A DNA stretch of 48,911 nucleotides from Candidatus Zixiibacteriota bacterium (GCA_040235515.1 JBECKX010000102.1:1-48911), one strand, 5' to 3'; shown: positions 31,201-40,541, counted from the first letter of the stretch. Notes: generated by a model not told the origin, from the letters alone. Numbers and translations: made by a program.

Positions 31201-31381
31201 TCTCTGGTGACCCTCCATGGTCGCGTGAAATCAGTTACTCACCGCAATTCCCATTGCAGTACAACCGCGATATTTCATTTCGAAACATGCAGGCTGTACT
31301 CCGTTCTTCGGTTTTCTCTACAATTGCTTTAGCTCGATTTCAGAGTTTGATCTCCGCCACACCATTCTGCGCGGCTGACTC

Positions 31382-31408
31382 TTAATTAATACCGCGTTAG
31401 TCCGACAA
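31382..31408 (+). promoter_or_regulatory. Candidate sigma28-like promoter for the cupredoxin-kinase-barrel operon
   Basis: TTAA-N15-TCCGACAA, ending 12 nt before the ATG at 31421; no SD is visible. Confidence 0.3.
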
Positions 31409-31420
31409 ATATAAGCAGTT

Positions 31421-32083
31421 ATGTTGAAACATGGATTATTTCGGTTCTCGCTGATACTCGGCGCGTTGCTCTGCTTCACCGGTCAACTTGCGGCGACTGA
31501 AGTCACCGGCAAGGTGCGGCTGCAGTCCGCGGTCAGCAAGACCAAGGGCATCAATCGCTATCCGGGGCGTCAGAGCGTCAACACGCAGGCCGATTACAAC
31601 GAGAGTGCGGTGATGCAGGCAGTTGTGTTCTTAGCTGGCGGAGCGGCTTCTGTAGCTGCTGCCGATGCCCCACATGCCGAGATGAAACAGATCAACCAGG
31701 AATTCGTGCCGCACCTGCTACCGATTCTGGTTGGGACAACCGTCGACTTCCCCAACATGGATCCGGTCTTTCACAATGTCTTCTCATACTCGAAAACCAA
31801 GAAATTCGACCTCGGCCGCTATTCGAAAGGCCATTCCAAATCGGTGACCTTCGATCTGCCGGGCGTCGTCAAAGTCTTCTGTGAAATCCATTCCAGCATG
31901 CTTGCACATATCCTCGTCCTCGAACAGCCGTATTTCACGCTGACTGAACGCGATGGGAGCTTTCGCATCCCTGATGTTCCCCCCGGTGAGTATGAACTGC
32001 ATATCTGGCAGGAAAACTCACCGGAACAGGTGCGTACAGTGCAGATTCCTGATCAACAGGTCTTCGTGGTTGAGGTGCAGTAA
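31421..32083 (+). CDS. Exported cupredoxin-like protein with C-terminal carboxypeptidase-regulatory-like domain
   Basis: Signal peptide; GTTVDFPNMDPVFHNVFS and VFCEIHSSM give a type-1 Cu ligand set (H...C-x2-H-x2-M); DGSFRIPDVPPGEYELHIW. Confidence 0.82.
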   Translation: MLKHGLFRFSLILGALLCFTGQLAATEVTGKVRLQSAVSKTKGINRYPGRQSVNTQADYNESAVMQAVVFLAGGAASVAAADAPHAEMKQINQEFVPHLLPILVGTTVDFPNMDPVFHNVFSYSKTKKFDLGRYSKGHSKSVTFDLPGVVKVFCEIHSSMLAHILVLEQPYFTLTERDGSFRIPDVPPGEYELHIWQENSPEQVRTVQIPDQQVFVVEVQ

Positions 32084-33870
32084 TGAGACTCTCCATGAAG
32101 CTCTCGATCGGACAGAAATTTCTCGTGTATGTTGGCGGCGCGATCATCATCGGCGCAATGATCACCTTCTTCATCGTTCGAGCCGTCATCAAAACCGAAT
32201 ATACGCTCAACTACAGTAATGAGTTGATCACGGCCGGATACGTCTTTGACAACTACCTCGATAGCCGGCAAGCCCTGCTGCATTCAGGTGTTGACATCCT
32301 CCGCTCAGATCCCCGCTTCCTGGCGGCTATCGCGGAGGGGGATCCCGAAACGGCGCAAAATGAGGTGGCCTCTTTCCGCAAAGTTGTCAATGCCGATCTC
32401 TTCTTGGTCCTCGATACGGCGGAGACAATCCTGGCCTACGACTCGGATGTTGAATCTCCCCGGGTTCGACCCGAGGAGATCGAGGGGCTCTTCCGTGAAT
32501 CGATCGCAGCAACACATTTCATCTATGTCGGTGGGTCGGTCTATCAGGTACTTGCGAGTCCCTTGAGCTACGGCCCCAACTATCCACTCGGCACAGTCGT
32601 GGTCGGATACCAACTTGATGCCAGATTGCTGCAGAAGCTCAAACGCCTGACCGCAAGCGACCTGCTGCTGCTCTGCCGCGGCAAACTGATCGCCGCGACC
32701 GATACTGAACTGGCTACCGAGTACCATCAGGGTGGATTGAACGATGTGCTCATTTCGCGCCCGCCGGGTGCAGTCGCAACCGCCAGCATGAACGGTGAAG
32801 ACTTTGTTCTTCTCGACCACATCCTTTCTCCTGCCGCCGATTGCGAGATATTCCTCGCCCGCTCGCTCAGCGCCAAGCTCGACCCGGCCATTGCAAAGAT
32901 TACACTCTACATAATCCTGGTCACAGCAGGTGGATTCCTCGTGCTGGTCTACTTGATCTACCGATTCACCTCCGACAACCTGACGGGAGCTGTCAACAAA
33001 CTGGTGGACGCCGCTCGGAACATATCTGACGGTAAGCTCTCCGATGCCATCACACCACACAAGAACGACGAGCTCGGCTACCTCGCGGAGCGCATGGATG
33101 AAATGCGCAAGACCCTGATCTCGAATCGCGACGCCATCGCCGAAGCGCATCAGCAACGTTTGAACTCCGAACGACTTGTAACAATCGGCCAACTGGCGGC
33201 GGGCATCATTCACGACTTCAAAAGCCCGATGACTGCGATCAGTATGGCGGTAGAGGGTATTCAATACAACCTCGGGGGTGAGGATCGTCGCGACCACTAT
33301 TGCCAGACCGTGAAACAGCAGGTGAAGCGGATGGTCAATATGACTCAGGATCTGCTCGACTACGCGCATGGAAACAAATCACTCAACCTCGAGCCGGTCG
33401 TGCTCTCGGAGTTCCTCGGAGAAGTGCTCCGGGACCAGCACCCTCGCTTCGAGAAAAAAGGCATCGAGCTGGCGCTGATGGTTGCGACGGAGGTTACCGC
33501 TTCGATCGATCCTGACAAGTTTCAGCGCGTGATCGACAACCTGGTGGGAAACGCCTACGAAGCACTCGCGCCCGGCAACCGAGTCGAAGTCAAGGTGCTG
33601 GTCTCCTCCGAGTCGCTCAAAATCACCGTCGCCGATAACGGACCCGGAATCCCGCCCGAGATCATCGCTGATATCTTCAAGCCATTCGTCACCAAGGGGA
33701 AGAAACGCGGAACCGGACTCGGGTTGGCGATCAGCCGCAAAGCGGTGGAAGACCACGGCGGCTCACTGAGCGTAGAATCAGAAACCGGGATGGGTGCCAC
33801 CTTCACCATCCAGCTCCCCCGGAATCTGATAAAGTCAGAAACCCCGGAAATCGCGGAGAAGAATGTATGA
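32083..33870 (+). CDS. Membrane sensor histidine kinase (periplasmic domain, HAMP, HisKA, HATPase)
   Basis: Two TMs; HAMP DELGYLA; H-box IIHDFKSPM; N-box NLVGNA; G1 DNGPGIP; G2 GTGLGL. TAATG overlap with the upstream gene. Confidence 0.93.
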   Translation: MRLSMKLSIGQKFLVYVGGAIIIGAMITFFIVRAVIKTEYTLNYSNELITAGYVFDNYLDSRQALLHSGVDILRSDPRFLAAIAEGDPETAQNEVASFRKVVNADLFLVLDTAETILAYDSDVESPRVRPEEIEGLFRESIAATHFIYVGGSVYQVLASPLSYGPNYPLGTVVVGYQLDARLLQKLKRLTASDLLLLCRGKLIAATDTELATEYHQGGLNDVLISRPPGAVATASMNGEDFVLLDHILSPAADCEIFLARSLSAKLDPAIAKITLYIILVTAGGFLVLVYLIYRFTSDNLTGAVNKLVDAARNISDGKLSDAITPHKNDELGYLAERMDEMRKTLISNRDAIAEAHQQRLNSERLVTIGQLAAGIIHDFKSPMTAISMAVEGIQYNLGGEDRRDHYCQTVKQQVKRMVNMTQDLLDYAHGNKSLNLEPVVLSEFLGEVLRDQHPRFEKKGIELALMVATEVTASIDPDKFQRVIDNLVGNAYEALAPGNRVEVKVLVSSESLKITVADNGPGIPPEIIADIFKPFVTKGKKRGTGLGLAISRKAVEDHGGSLSVESETGMGATFTIQLPRNLIKSETPEIAEKNV

Positions 33871-35012
33871 GACTGCACCCTGTTAAGCTAAGAGCGATCC
33901 AGTTGTTGATCTGCCTTTTCCTCTTGCCGGTTTCACTGCAGGCACAATATGAGATCACCGGTCAACTCGATCTCCTGATGCGCAACACCGACGCCAACGA
34001 CTACTCGAACAAGACCTTCAAGAAATTCTCAAATTTCGACTTCGTGCGTACCCGGATTTTCTTCGATGCAAAAGTTGCTGAGAACGCCACCGTCTTTTCA
34101 CAGGTGCTGATAGACAACTCATCATTCCAGCTCTACGGAGCCTACCTGCGGCTTTCTGAGTTGGCCGGTCCCGGTGTGAACCTTCATGTCGGACTGATCC
34201 CCAACACCATCGGTACCTGGGGCCCCAGAACCTACTCCAATCAGAATCCGCTGATTGGTGTGCCATTGATGTACATCTACCATACGGCTCTGACGCTTTC
34301 TGACTTTCAGAGAACGCCGGAGGATCTGCTCGCCTACCGGGGAAATGGCAACGCGGCGTTCGGGCTGCCGATGATGTACGACGCCTGCTGGAATACCGGT
34401 GTCGACTTCTTCGGGTCGATCGGGATGTTTGATTGGTCACTCGCCGCGCTCAGCGGTGCAGTCTCCGCGCCGGCGATTCAACGGGAAAAGGAAATCCCGC
34501 AGTTCACCGGCAAACTGGGGCTCTATTTTTCGCCCGTCTTCAACCTCTCCTTCTCTGGATTCGCCGGGCCTTACATCGCCGAAATTCCGCTCGAATATGC
34601 CGCCGATGCACCCGACCCTGTCGACCGCTACATGAACTACGGCGGCGGAATCAGCGCCTCCTACGCAGCCGGCTACCTGCAGTTGTTCGCCGAAGCGTTC
34701 GCCTGCTACTGGGAGCACCCGTTTCTGGGCGATCTCGGTGCATACAGCGGCTACATCGACGGGAAATACAAACTGGCGCCTCAATGGTACATCGCGGCTA
34801 GAGCCGAAACGCTGCGGTTCTCCGAAGTCAATCTCGGGCCGGGTATCGGAAGAATCGACTGGGACTATCCCCTCAATAAGTTCGAGTTCGGAGTGGGACA
34901 CAACGTGAACCGGGCGGTTACCATGAAACTGGTCGGCCAGATCGTTGTCTCCCCCGACGAAGACTCCCTCGATGACGAAATCGTGGCGCTCCAGATAGCT
35001 ACCGAGATCTAG
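33867..35012 (+). CDS. Probable outer-membrane beta-barrel protein
   Basis: Signal peptide (SLQA-Q); alternating aromatic/hydrophobic strands; ends in an amphipathic strand (IVALQIATEI); ATGA overlap with the kinase stop. Confidence 0.65.
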   Translation: MRLHPVKLRAIQLLICLFLLPVSLQAQYEITGQLDLLMRNTDANDYSNKTFKKFSNFDFVRTRIFFDAKVAENATVFSQVLIDNSSFQLYGAYLRLSELAGPGVNLHVGLIPNTIGTWGPRTYSNQNPLIGVPLMYIYHTALTLSDFQRTPEDLLAYRGNGNAAFGLPMMYDACWNTGVDFFGSIGMFDWSLAALSGAVSAPAIQREKEIPQFTGKLGLYFSPVFNLSFSGFAGPYIAEIPLEYAADAPDPVDRYMNYGGGISASYAAGYLQLFAEAFACYWEHPFLGDLGAYSGYIDGKYKLAPQWYIAARAETLRFSEVNLGPGIGRIDWDYPLNKFEFGVGHNVNRAVTMKLVGQIVVSPDEDSLDDEIVALQIATEI

Positions 35013-35180
35013 TATTACCCAGCAGCGAACGATTCCTGGCAAATCGCGAATTGCCCCTTACCAATCCAATCTAAGGCTTGCTCCAATTCCGATTTCCCTG
35101 TAAATTGCCGGATCAGATTTGACCGATTTGCCCTTCTCACAAGGCACCCGGTCAGCGTATCACTTGGGGTATTCAATTCA

Positions 35181-35205
35181 GGAACTACGCCGCAACTTGG
35201 GCGTA
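35181..35205 (+). promoter_or_regulatory. Candidate ECF-sigma promoter (GGAAC-N17-GTA) for pdxST
   Basis: GGAAC TACGCCGCAACTTGGGC GTA, 52 nt before the pdxS ATG; overlaps an ACTACGCC/GGCGTAGT inverted repeat. Confidence 0.4.
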
Positions 35206-35257
35206 GTAGCAAACGTGATAAAGAAGCTACTCTAATGCTCGCTCAGAGGTAATCGTT

Positions 35258-36193
35258 ATGTCAGATAAAGCAAAAAACAAAACTGGAAAGAAATCGCCGG
35301 ACAACGCCGCGGCAAAAGTCACCAATGAGGAGTTCATCCTCAAAGTCGGTTTGGCCGAAATGCTAAAGGGCGGTGTCATCATGGATGTCACCACTGCAGA
35401 GCAGGCTAAGATAGCCGAAGATGCCGGGGCGGTGGCGGTCATGGCCCTCGAGCGCGTTCCTGCCGATATCCGCAAAGCCGGCGGCGTCGCGCGAATGGCG
35501 CCAATCGAGAAGATCGAAGAAATCAAGCAAACCGTCCAGATTCCTGTCATGGCCAAGTGCCGTATCGGTCATTTCGCCGAGGCGGAAGTCCTGCAGCAAC
35601 TTGAAGTCGACTATATCGACGAATCGGAAGTACTCACCCCCGCTGACGATGAATTCCATATCGAGAAGCATCGCTTCAAAATCCCCTTCGTCTGTGGCTG
35701 CCGTAATCTGGGTGAAGCGCTGCGCCGCATCAATGAAGGCGCCGCGATGATCCGCACCAAAGGCGAAGCCGGCTCCGGGAATATCGTCGAGGCCGTGCGT
35801 CACCTGCGGATGGTCTATAGCGAGATCAACGCCCTCAAGAAGATGGACAAAGACAAACTGAAGAAGGCCGCCAAAGAGTACCGTGTACCGGTCGAACTGG
35901 TGAAGCAAACCGCCGAGCTGCAGAACCTCCCGGTTCCCAATTTCGCCGCGGGCGGTATCTCAACACCGGCGGATGCCGTACTCTGCATGAAACTGGGTGC
36001 GCAGGCTGTGTTCGTCGGCTCCGGTATCTTCAAGTCATCGCAGCCACAGCGCGTCGCCAAGGCTATCGTCATCGCTACCACCCATTGGGAGGATCCGGCC
36101 AAAGTGCTTGAAGCATCCCGCTCGCTCGGCGAGCCGATGGAAGGACTCGATGTTGCCAGGATGCCGAAAGAAGAGTTGCTGCAGTACCGCTAA
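35258..36193 (+). CDS. pdxS: Pyridoxal 5'-phosphate synthase lyase subunit
   Basis: [59 protein letters not shown]. Confidence 0.97.
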   Translation: MSDKAKNKTGKKSPDNAAAKVTNEEFILKVGLAEMLKGGVIMDVTTAEQAKIAEDAGAVAVMALERVPADIRKAGGVARMAPIEKIEEIKQTVQIPVMAKCRIGHFAEAEVLQQLEVDYIDESEVLTPADDEFHIEKHRFKIPFVCGCRNLGEALRRINEGAAMIRTKGEAGSGNIVEAVRHLRMVYSEINALKKMDKDKLKKAAKEYRVPVELVKQTAELQNLPVPNFAAGGISTPADAVLCMKLGAQAVFVGSGIFKSSQPQRVAKAIVIATTHWEDPAKVLEASRSLGEPMEGLDVARMPKEELLQYR

Positions 36194-36258
36194 GCCGCTC
36201 TGCGAGCCTTGCGATCGAGCTACCCCTAGGATATCAGACTCGAGAGTATCAGACTACC

Positions 36259-36843
36259 GTGAAGAAACACCCGGTCATAGGAGTATTGGCGTTTCAGGGT
36301 GACTTCGCCAAACACCACGAGGCCTTCGAACGCCTCGGCTGCGAGGTCAAGCTCGTCAAATCAGCCGACCAGCTCGCCGAGGTTGACTGCCTGGTCATTC
36401 CGGGCGGGGAATCCTCAGTCATCGATCGCTTCATCAAATCGCAATCGATGCGTGAACCGATCCGCGAATTCTGTAAGTCTAAACCAGTCTGGGGAAGCTG
36501 TGCCGGAATGATTCTGCTGGCAAGCAAGGTCACCAATGATGACCGACTCGCCCCGCTCGGTCTGATCGACATCGAAGTCGAGCGCAATGCCTATGGCCGC
36601 CAGATTGAATCATTCGTTGCCCCGGGAGAATTCAGTGTCAATGGATCACCTGAGCAGCTGCCGATGGTCTTTATCAGGGCGCCCAAGGTAGTTTCGGTTG
36701 GGGAAGGTGTGGAAGTCCTCGGCACCTGTCGCGATGTGGCAGTCATTGTTAAGCAGGGTAACGCTGTTGCGACCTCGTTTCATCCCGAGCTGACGCAGTC
36801 TTCGCGCTTCCAGCAATATATCCTCTCCCTCGTCGGGAGTTGA
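36259..36843 (+). CDS. pdxT: PLP synthase glutaminase subunit
   Basis: GVLAFQGDF, PGGESS, GSCAGMILL, RNAYGRQ, FIRAP, FHPEL. Confidence 0.96.
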   Translation: MKKHPVIGVLAFQGDFAKHHEAFERLGCEVKLVKSADQLAEVDCLVIPGGESSVIDRFIKSQSMREPIREFCKSKPVWGSCAGMILLASKVTNDDRLAPLGLIDIEVERNAYGRQIESFVAPGEFSVNGSPEQLPMVFIRAPKVVSVGEGVEVLGTCRDVAVIVKQGNAVATSFHPELTQSSRFQQYILSLVGS

Positions 36844-36876
36844 GGACGGCAACGCGATCGAACTGCGGGACAAGGG

Positions 36877-37461
36877 TTGAGTGATTTCACAATTATAGCG
36901 TTGGCTGTCGGCCTGGCGATGGACGCCTTCGCCGTCGCCATCGCGGTCGGGGCCACTCTCCCCCAGATAACCTTTCGCCACTACTTCCGCCTCTCATTTC
37001 ATTTCGGGCTCTTCCAGTTCCTCATGCCTGTCATCGGCTGGTTCTTAGGTAGCCAGGTCACGCAGGAGTTTGCCAACTACGATCACTGGCTGGCATTCGC
37101 CCTGCTCTCCAGCATTGGCGTAAAGATGCTCCATGACACGGCCACCCACCGCGATGAATCGACCGCCCGTGGGGAGCTGCAGGCATCCGTCAAAGACCCC
37201 ACCCGCAAATGGTCCCTCATCTCTCTTTCGATTGCCACCAGCCTCGACGCTCTCGCTGTCGGCTTGAGCGTGGCTCTGCTCGAAGTTGAGATAATCTACC
37301 CCAGCGTAGTCATTGGACTGGTCGCCCTCCTCTTCACCTTGATCGGAATGCGCTTTGGCGCGCAGTTGGGTCGGTGGATAGGTAAAGCCGCAGGCTATTG
37401 CGGTGGAGTGATCCTGATCGTGCTGGGGTTGAAGATTCTGATCAGCGAGCTGCTGGCGTAG
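36877..37461 (+). CDS. mntP: Manganese efflux pump MntP family
   Basis: LAMDAFAVA, FGLFQFLMP, DHWLAF, ATSLDALAVG. Confidence 0.9.
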   Translation: MSDFTIIALAVGLAMDAFAVAIAVGATLPQITFRHYFRLSFHFGLFQFLMPVIGWFLGSQVTQEFANYDHWLAFALLSSIGVKMLHDTATHRDESTARGELQASVKDPTRKWSLISLSIATSLDALAVGLSVALLEVEIIYPSVVIGLVALLFTLIGMRFGAQLGRWIGKAAGYCGGVILIVLGLKILISELLA

Positions 37462-37594
37462 TCACAAGTTAGGAATCCTCCCGCGCTACAGCGAGCACGC
37501 TGCCGAACCGCCATCGACTAAGTGCACAATAATGTAACCTGCGTTGGCAATAGGCACACTACCACTGCAGTCAGCACCGGCAGCACCGCCCCGA

Positions 37595-37619
37595 GGAACG
37601 TAGGCCCGGCCCCTGAGTC
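37595..37619 (+). promoter_or_regulatory. Candidate ECF-sigma promoter (GGAAC-N17-GTC)
   Basis: GGAAC GTAGGCCCGGCCCCTGA GTC(GAAT), about 230 nt upstream of the S9 peptidase ATG. Confidence 0.4.
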
Positions 37620-37724
37620 GAATCAACTCCATTGAGTTCTTAACCATGAGTCCACGTCAGCTTCATCGGGTCGAAGAGACAAGACTTGAAGATGCAGACA
37701 TTCAAATCAAGAGTCATTCGACTC
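37615..37724 (+). ncRNA. Candidate structured RNA (nested rod-like hairpin), family unassigned
   Basis: Eight nested helices can be drawn by hand, closed by GAGTCGAAT/ATTCGACTC; G-U pairs favour the + strand. Confidence 0.4.
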
Positions 37725-37851
37725 CGAGATCTCGTGTGCTTTCGACGCAACACCCAAAACCAATTGCGCCCGCTGAGATAAATGATTATTTCACAACAGT
37801 CTAACCGGTGTTTCGTATACCAAACCTGCACCTAACCGCTGGAGATAGAGT

Positions 37852-39906
37852 ATGCCACGTAAGAAAAAGACCCCGGGCGCTACCAAGCGCAGCGCAAGAA
37901 GCACAAAGCGCACTACCAAGCGCAACATAACTGCCGAAGATTTGCTGAGACTCAAGTTTGTCGACGGAATCGCAATGTCGCCGAACGAGAATCAGATCGC
38001 CATCAACGTCCGGGTAGTCGCTGAGAACCGGAAGAAGTACTTCTCCCACATCTGGATGGTCAACACCGATGGGACCAACCTGCGCCAGTTCACGAATGGC
38101 GAAGTCACCGACGGCGTACCTGTATTCTCTCCCGATGGTGAGCTGTTGGCCTTCACCTCCAAGCGCAATGACAAGAAGGGTATCTACCTGATGCCAAGTA
38201 ACGGCGGCGAACCGAAGTTGCTCATTGAAGGTGACGGCAGCTACTCCAACCTGAGCTTCTCACCCGACGGCAAGTCGCTCCTCTACGTTTTCAGGAAAAA
38301 TGACGAAGTCCCCAGGGATGAGAAGGGAAACAAGGAAGAACCGGTGTTCCGCCACATCACCCGGCTCTTCTACAAACTCGACAATCTGGGGTTTCTGCCG
38401 CAGGATGAGGGTCAGATCTATACCTGCGATGTCGAAACCGGCAAGGAAGTCAAAGTATCCAGCGGCACGCGAGGGAAGATGCAACCGGTCTGGTCGCCCG
38501 ATGGCAAGCAGATCGCCTATCTGTGCAACATTCAGCGGAATCCTGATATCGATGTAGACCTGATCGACCTGTTCGTCATTCCTGCCAAGGGCGGTAAAGC
38601 ACGGCGTATCGATACGCCCAGGGGTCCCAAGATGATGCCCCGCTTTTCTCCCAATGGAAAAGAAATCGCCTACATCGGGCATGACGACCCCAACGATGCC
38701 TGGGGCGTCAAGAATATGCATGTCTGGAAGGTGCCGGTGCGTGGTGGCAAGGCGGTCAATCTCACCGCCAACCTCGATCGCCAGTGTCTTGATCTCACCA
38801 TCTCAGATACCGTCGAGGCGCACGACGGTGGCTTGCTGCACTGGTCACACGACGGCAAGACCATCTTCTTTGTCGTCTCCGATGCCGGCGCTACCCACAT
38901 CTACAAGATGAGTTCCAACGGTCGTAACCGACAGAAAGTGGTCGGCGGAAAACTCCACGTGATGGGAGCTGCTCTGAACGGTAAAACGAACAGCATCGCA
39001 GCCGTGGTCACGAACACAACGACACCGGCCGAGGTATACATCACTTCAACTGCCGCCGGTGGCAGGCTACAGCAAGTTACCCGGTTCAACAGCTGGTTGC
39101 AGAAGGAAGTCCATCTCGTCAAGCCGGAGGAACTGATTCTGGAGAGCACCGAGAATTACCCGGTGCATGCCTGGATCATGAAGCCCCCGGGGTTCAGGAG
39201 TGGCAAGAAATACCCCTCCATCCTGCAGGTCCATGGCGGCCCGCGCGTGCAGTATGGCTTCAGCTTCTTCCATGAGATGCAGTACCTGGCGGCGCAGGGT
39301 TATGTCGTCTTCTATTCGAATCCGCGCGGTGGTCAGGGCTACGGCGAGAAGCACGCCGCTCCGATCGTCGCAGCATGGGGAACCTACGACTACGATGACT
39401 GCATGGCGTTCGCCGACTACATGGAAACCCTGCCCTACATCGATAAGAAGAGAATGGGCGTCACCGGCGGTAGCTACGGCGGTTTCATGACCAACTGGAT
39501 CGTGGGGCACACCCACCGCTTCAAGGCAGGCGTGACCCAACGTTCCTGTGTCAACTTCGAGTCCATGTATGGGTCATCCGACATCGGTGTACTCCTCCCC
39601 CGCGAGATCGGGAACACACCCTACAACAATCAAACCGGCTACAGGAAACAGTCTCCTCTCACCTACGTGAAGAACATCAAGACCCCGCTTCTGATCATCC
39701 ACTCAGAGCAGGATTTGCGCTGCCCGATCGAGCAGGCCGAACAGTTGTTCATGTCACTGAAAATGATGGGGAGAACTACGGAGTTTGTGCGTTTCCCGCA
39801 GGAGCCGCACGGTCTGTCACGTTGCGGACGACCCGACCGCAGGCTCGCCCGACTTGACTGGATTCGTAAATGGTTTGATCGCTACCTCAAGGGTAAGAGG
39901 AAGTAA
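37852..39906 (+). CDS. S9 family (acylaminoacyl/prolyl oligo-) peptidase with PD40 beta-propeller
   Basis: Repeated FSPDG/WSPDG; VHGGP, NPRGGQGYG, nucleophile GGSYGG, DLRCP, EPHG. Confidence 0.93.
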   Translation: MPRKKKTPGATKRSARSTKRTTKRNITAEDLLRLKFVDGIAMSPNENQIAINVRVVAENRKKYFSHIWMVNTDGTNLRQFTNGEVTDGVPVFSPDGELLAFTSKRNDKKGIYLMPSNGGEPKLLIEGDGSYSNLSFSPDGKSLLYVFRKNDEVPRDEKGNKEEPVFRHITRLFYKLDNLGFLPQDEGQIYTCDVETGKEVKVSSGTRGKMQPVWSPDGKQIAYLCNIQRNPDIDVDLIDLFVIPAKGGKARRIDTPRGPKMMPRFSPNGKEIAYIGHDDPNDAWGVKNMHVWKVPVRGGKAVNLTANLDRQCLDLTISDTVEAHDGGLLHWSHDGKTIFFVVSDAGATHIYKMSSNGRNRQKVVGGKLHVMGAALNGKTNSIAAVVTNTTTPAEVYITSTAAGGRLQQVTRFNSWLQKEVHLVKPEELILESTENYPVHAWIMKPPGFRSGKKYPSILQVHGGPRVQYGFSFFHEMQYLAAQGYVVFYSNPRGGQGYGEKHAAPIVAAWGTYDYDDCMAFADYMETLPYIDKKRMGVTGGSYGGFMTNWIVGHTHRFKAGVTQRSCVNFESMYGSSDIGVLLPREIGNTPYNNQTGYRKQSPLTYVKNIKTPLLIIHSEQDLRCPIEQAEQLFMSLKMMGRTTEFVRFPQEPHGLSRCGRPDRRLARLDWIRKWFDRYLKGKRK

Positions 39907-40202
39907 TGGGCGCAGGAGCCGCAGGTGGAGCTGCGGCCGCACACGCCGCGCGTGAAGCCGCCAAACGAGCTAGAAAACTACATTGGGAGATAATCAACAT
40001 GCAAGAACCTGTTACCTGCCCGGTCTGTGACCGCGGCAAACTGCTCCCTCTACTGAGCAGCAGCAGCACCAACTGGGTCTGCAGTCAGCCTGACTGCGAC
40101 TACATCATCCATCAGCACGGCTCCGACAACACCAAAGTCTGGAAGGGTCGCGCCGATCGCGAGAACAAACAGTCGCCGAGTTCCTGGCTCAATACGCCAT
40201 AA
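39906..40202 (+). CDS. Small putative Zn-ribbon protein
   Basis: TAATG overlap with the S9 stop; CPVC-x17-CSQPDC. Confidence 0.55.
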   Translation: MGAGAAGGAAAAHAAREAAKRARKLHWEIINMQEPVTCPVCDRGKLLPLLSSSSTNWVCSQPDCDYIIHQHGSDNTKVWKGRADRENKQSPSSWLNTP

Positions 40203-40292
40203 TCCCGACGAGGCTGCTCGTCCGACATCACAATTCTCCCGTTTCGTGCTGGAGCAATCTGTCGTTTCGTCACTGCTTCACTCGAGTACTGC

Positions 40293-40541
40293 TGTTTCAT
40301 AGGCCGCTGTTTCAATTTGGAAGCCTTCTCGCACGCTATTGATGCGCCCTGCCGATAGCTGTTGCATCGGGTCTCAATCCGCTGACTGACACCCGTCGCC
40401 ACCGTTCGCATCCAATTCTCAAACAAAGTCAGAAGCCCGGTTAAGAAATCTCTACGCGTTCCGATATGAAAACTATCGGCACACTCGCCGTGTTTCAAAA
40501 TTCGAAAGGCAGAGATGCAAAGTCAGATGGAACATGAAACA
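40293..40541. promoter_or_regulatory. Cluster of TGTTTCA/TGAAACA half-sites upstream of and at the start of the kinase-regulator operon
   Basis: TGTTTCA at 40293, 40308 and 40491; TGTTGCA at 40360; CGTTCCG-ATA-TGAAAAC at 40457-40473; TGGAACA-TGAAACA at 40528-40541. Confidence 0.45.

Noticed and set aside
32305..33369. 354-aa antisense ORF inside the histidine kinase (also 20234-20920, 21324-22007, 30646-31332, 34437-35042, 41620-42234 and similar)
   Set aside because: They lie largely or wholly opposite well-supported genes and have no motifs; long shadow frames are expected from codon bias at this GC content.
36232..36255. TATCAGACT direct repeat between pdxS and pdxT
   Set aside because: Only two 9-mers inside an operon spacer, with no promoter context.
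36844..36876. yybP-ykoY Mn riboswitch ahead of mntP
   Set aside because: Only 33 nt separate pdxT and mntP, too short for the aptamer.
37600..37625. Calling the rod hairpin 6S RNA because GGCCCGGCCCCTGAGTCGA resembles part of E. coli 6S as recalled
   Set aside because: Short similarity only, and no clear symmetric central bubble; left unassigned pending an Rfam scan. The SRP GGAA-loop motif is also absent.
40476..40492. Sigma54 promoter at TCGGCACACTCGCCGTG upstream of the degenerate kinase
   Set aside because: GGCAC is present but the -12 position reads GT with no TTGC.
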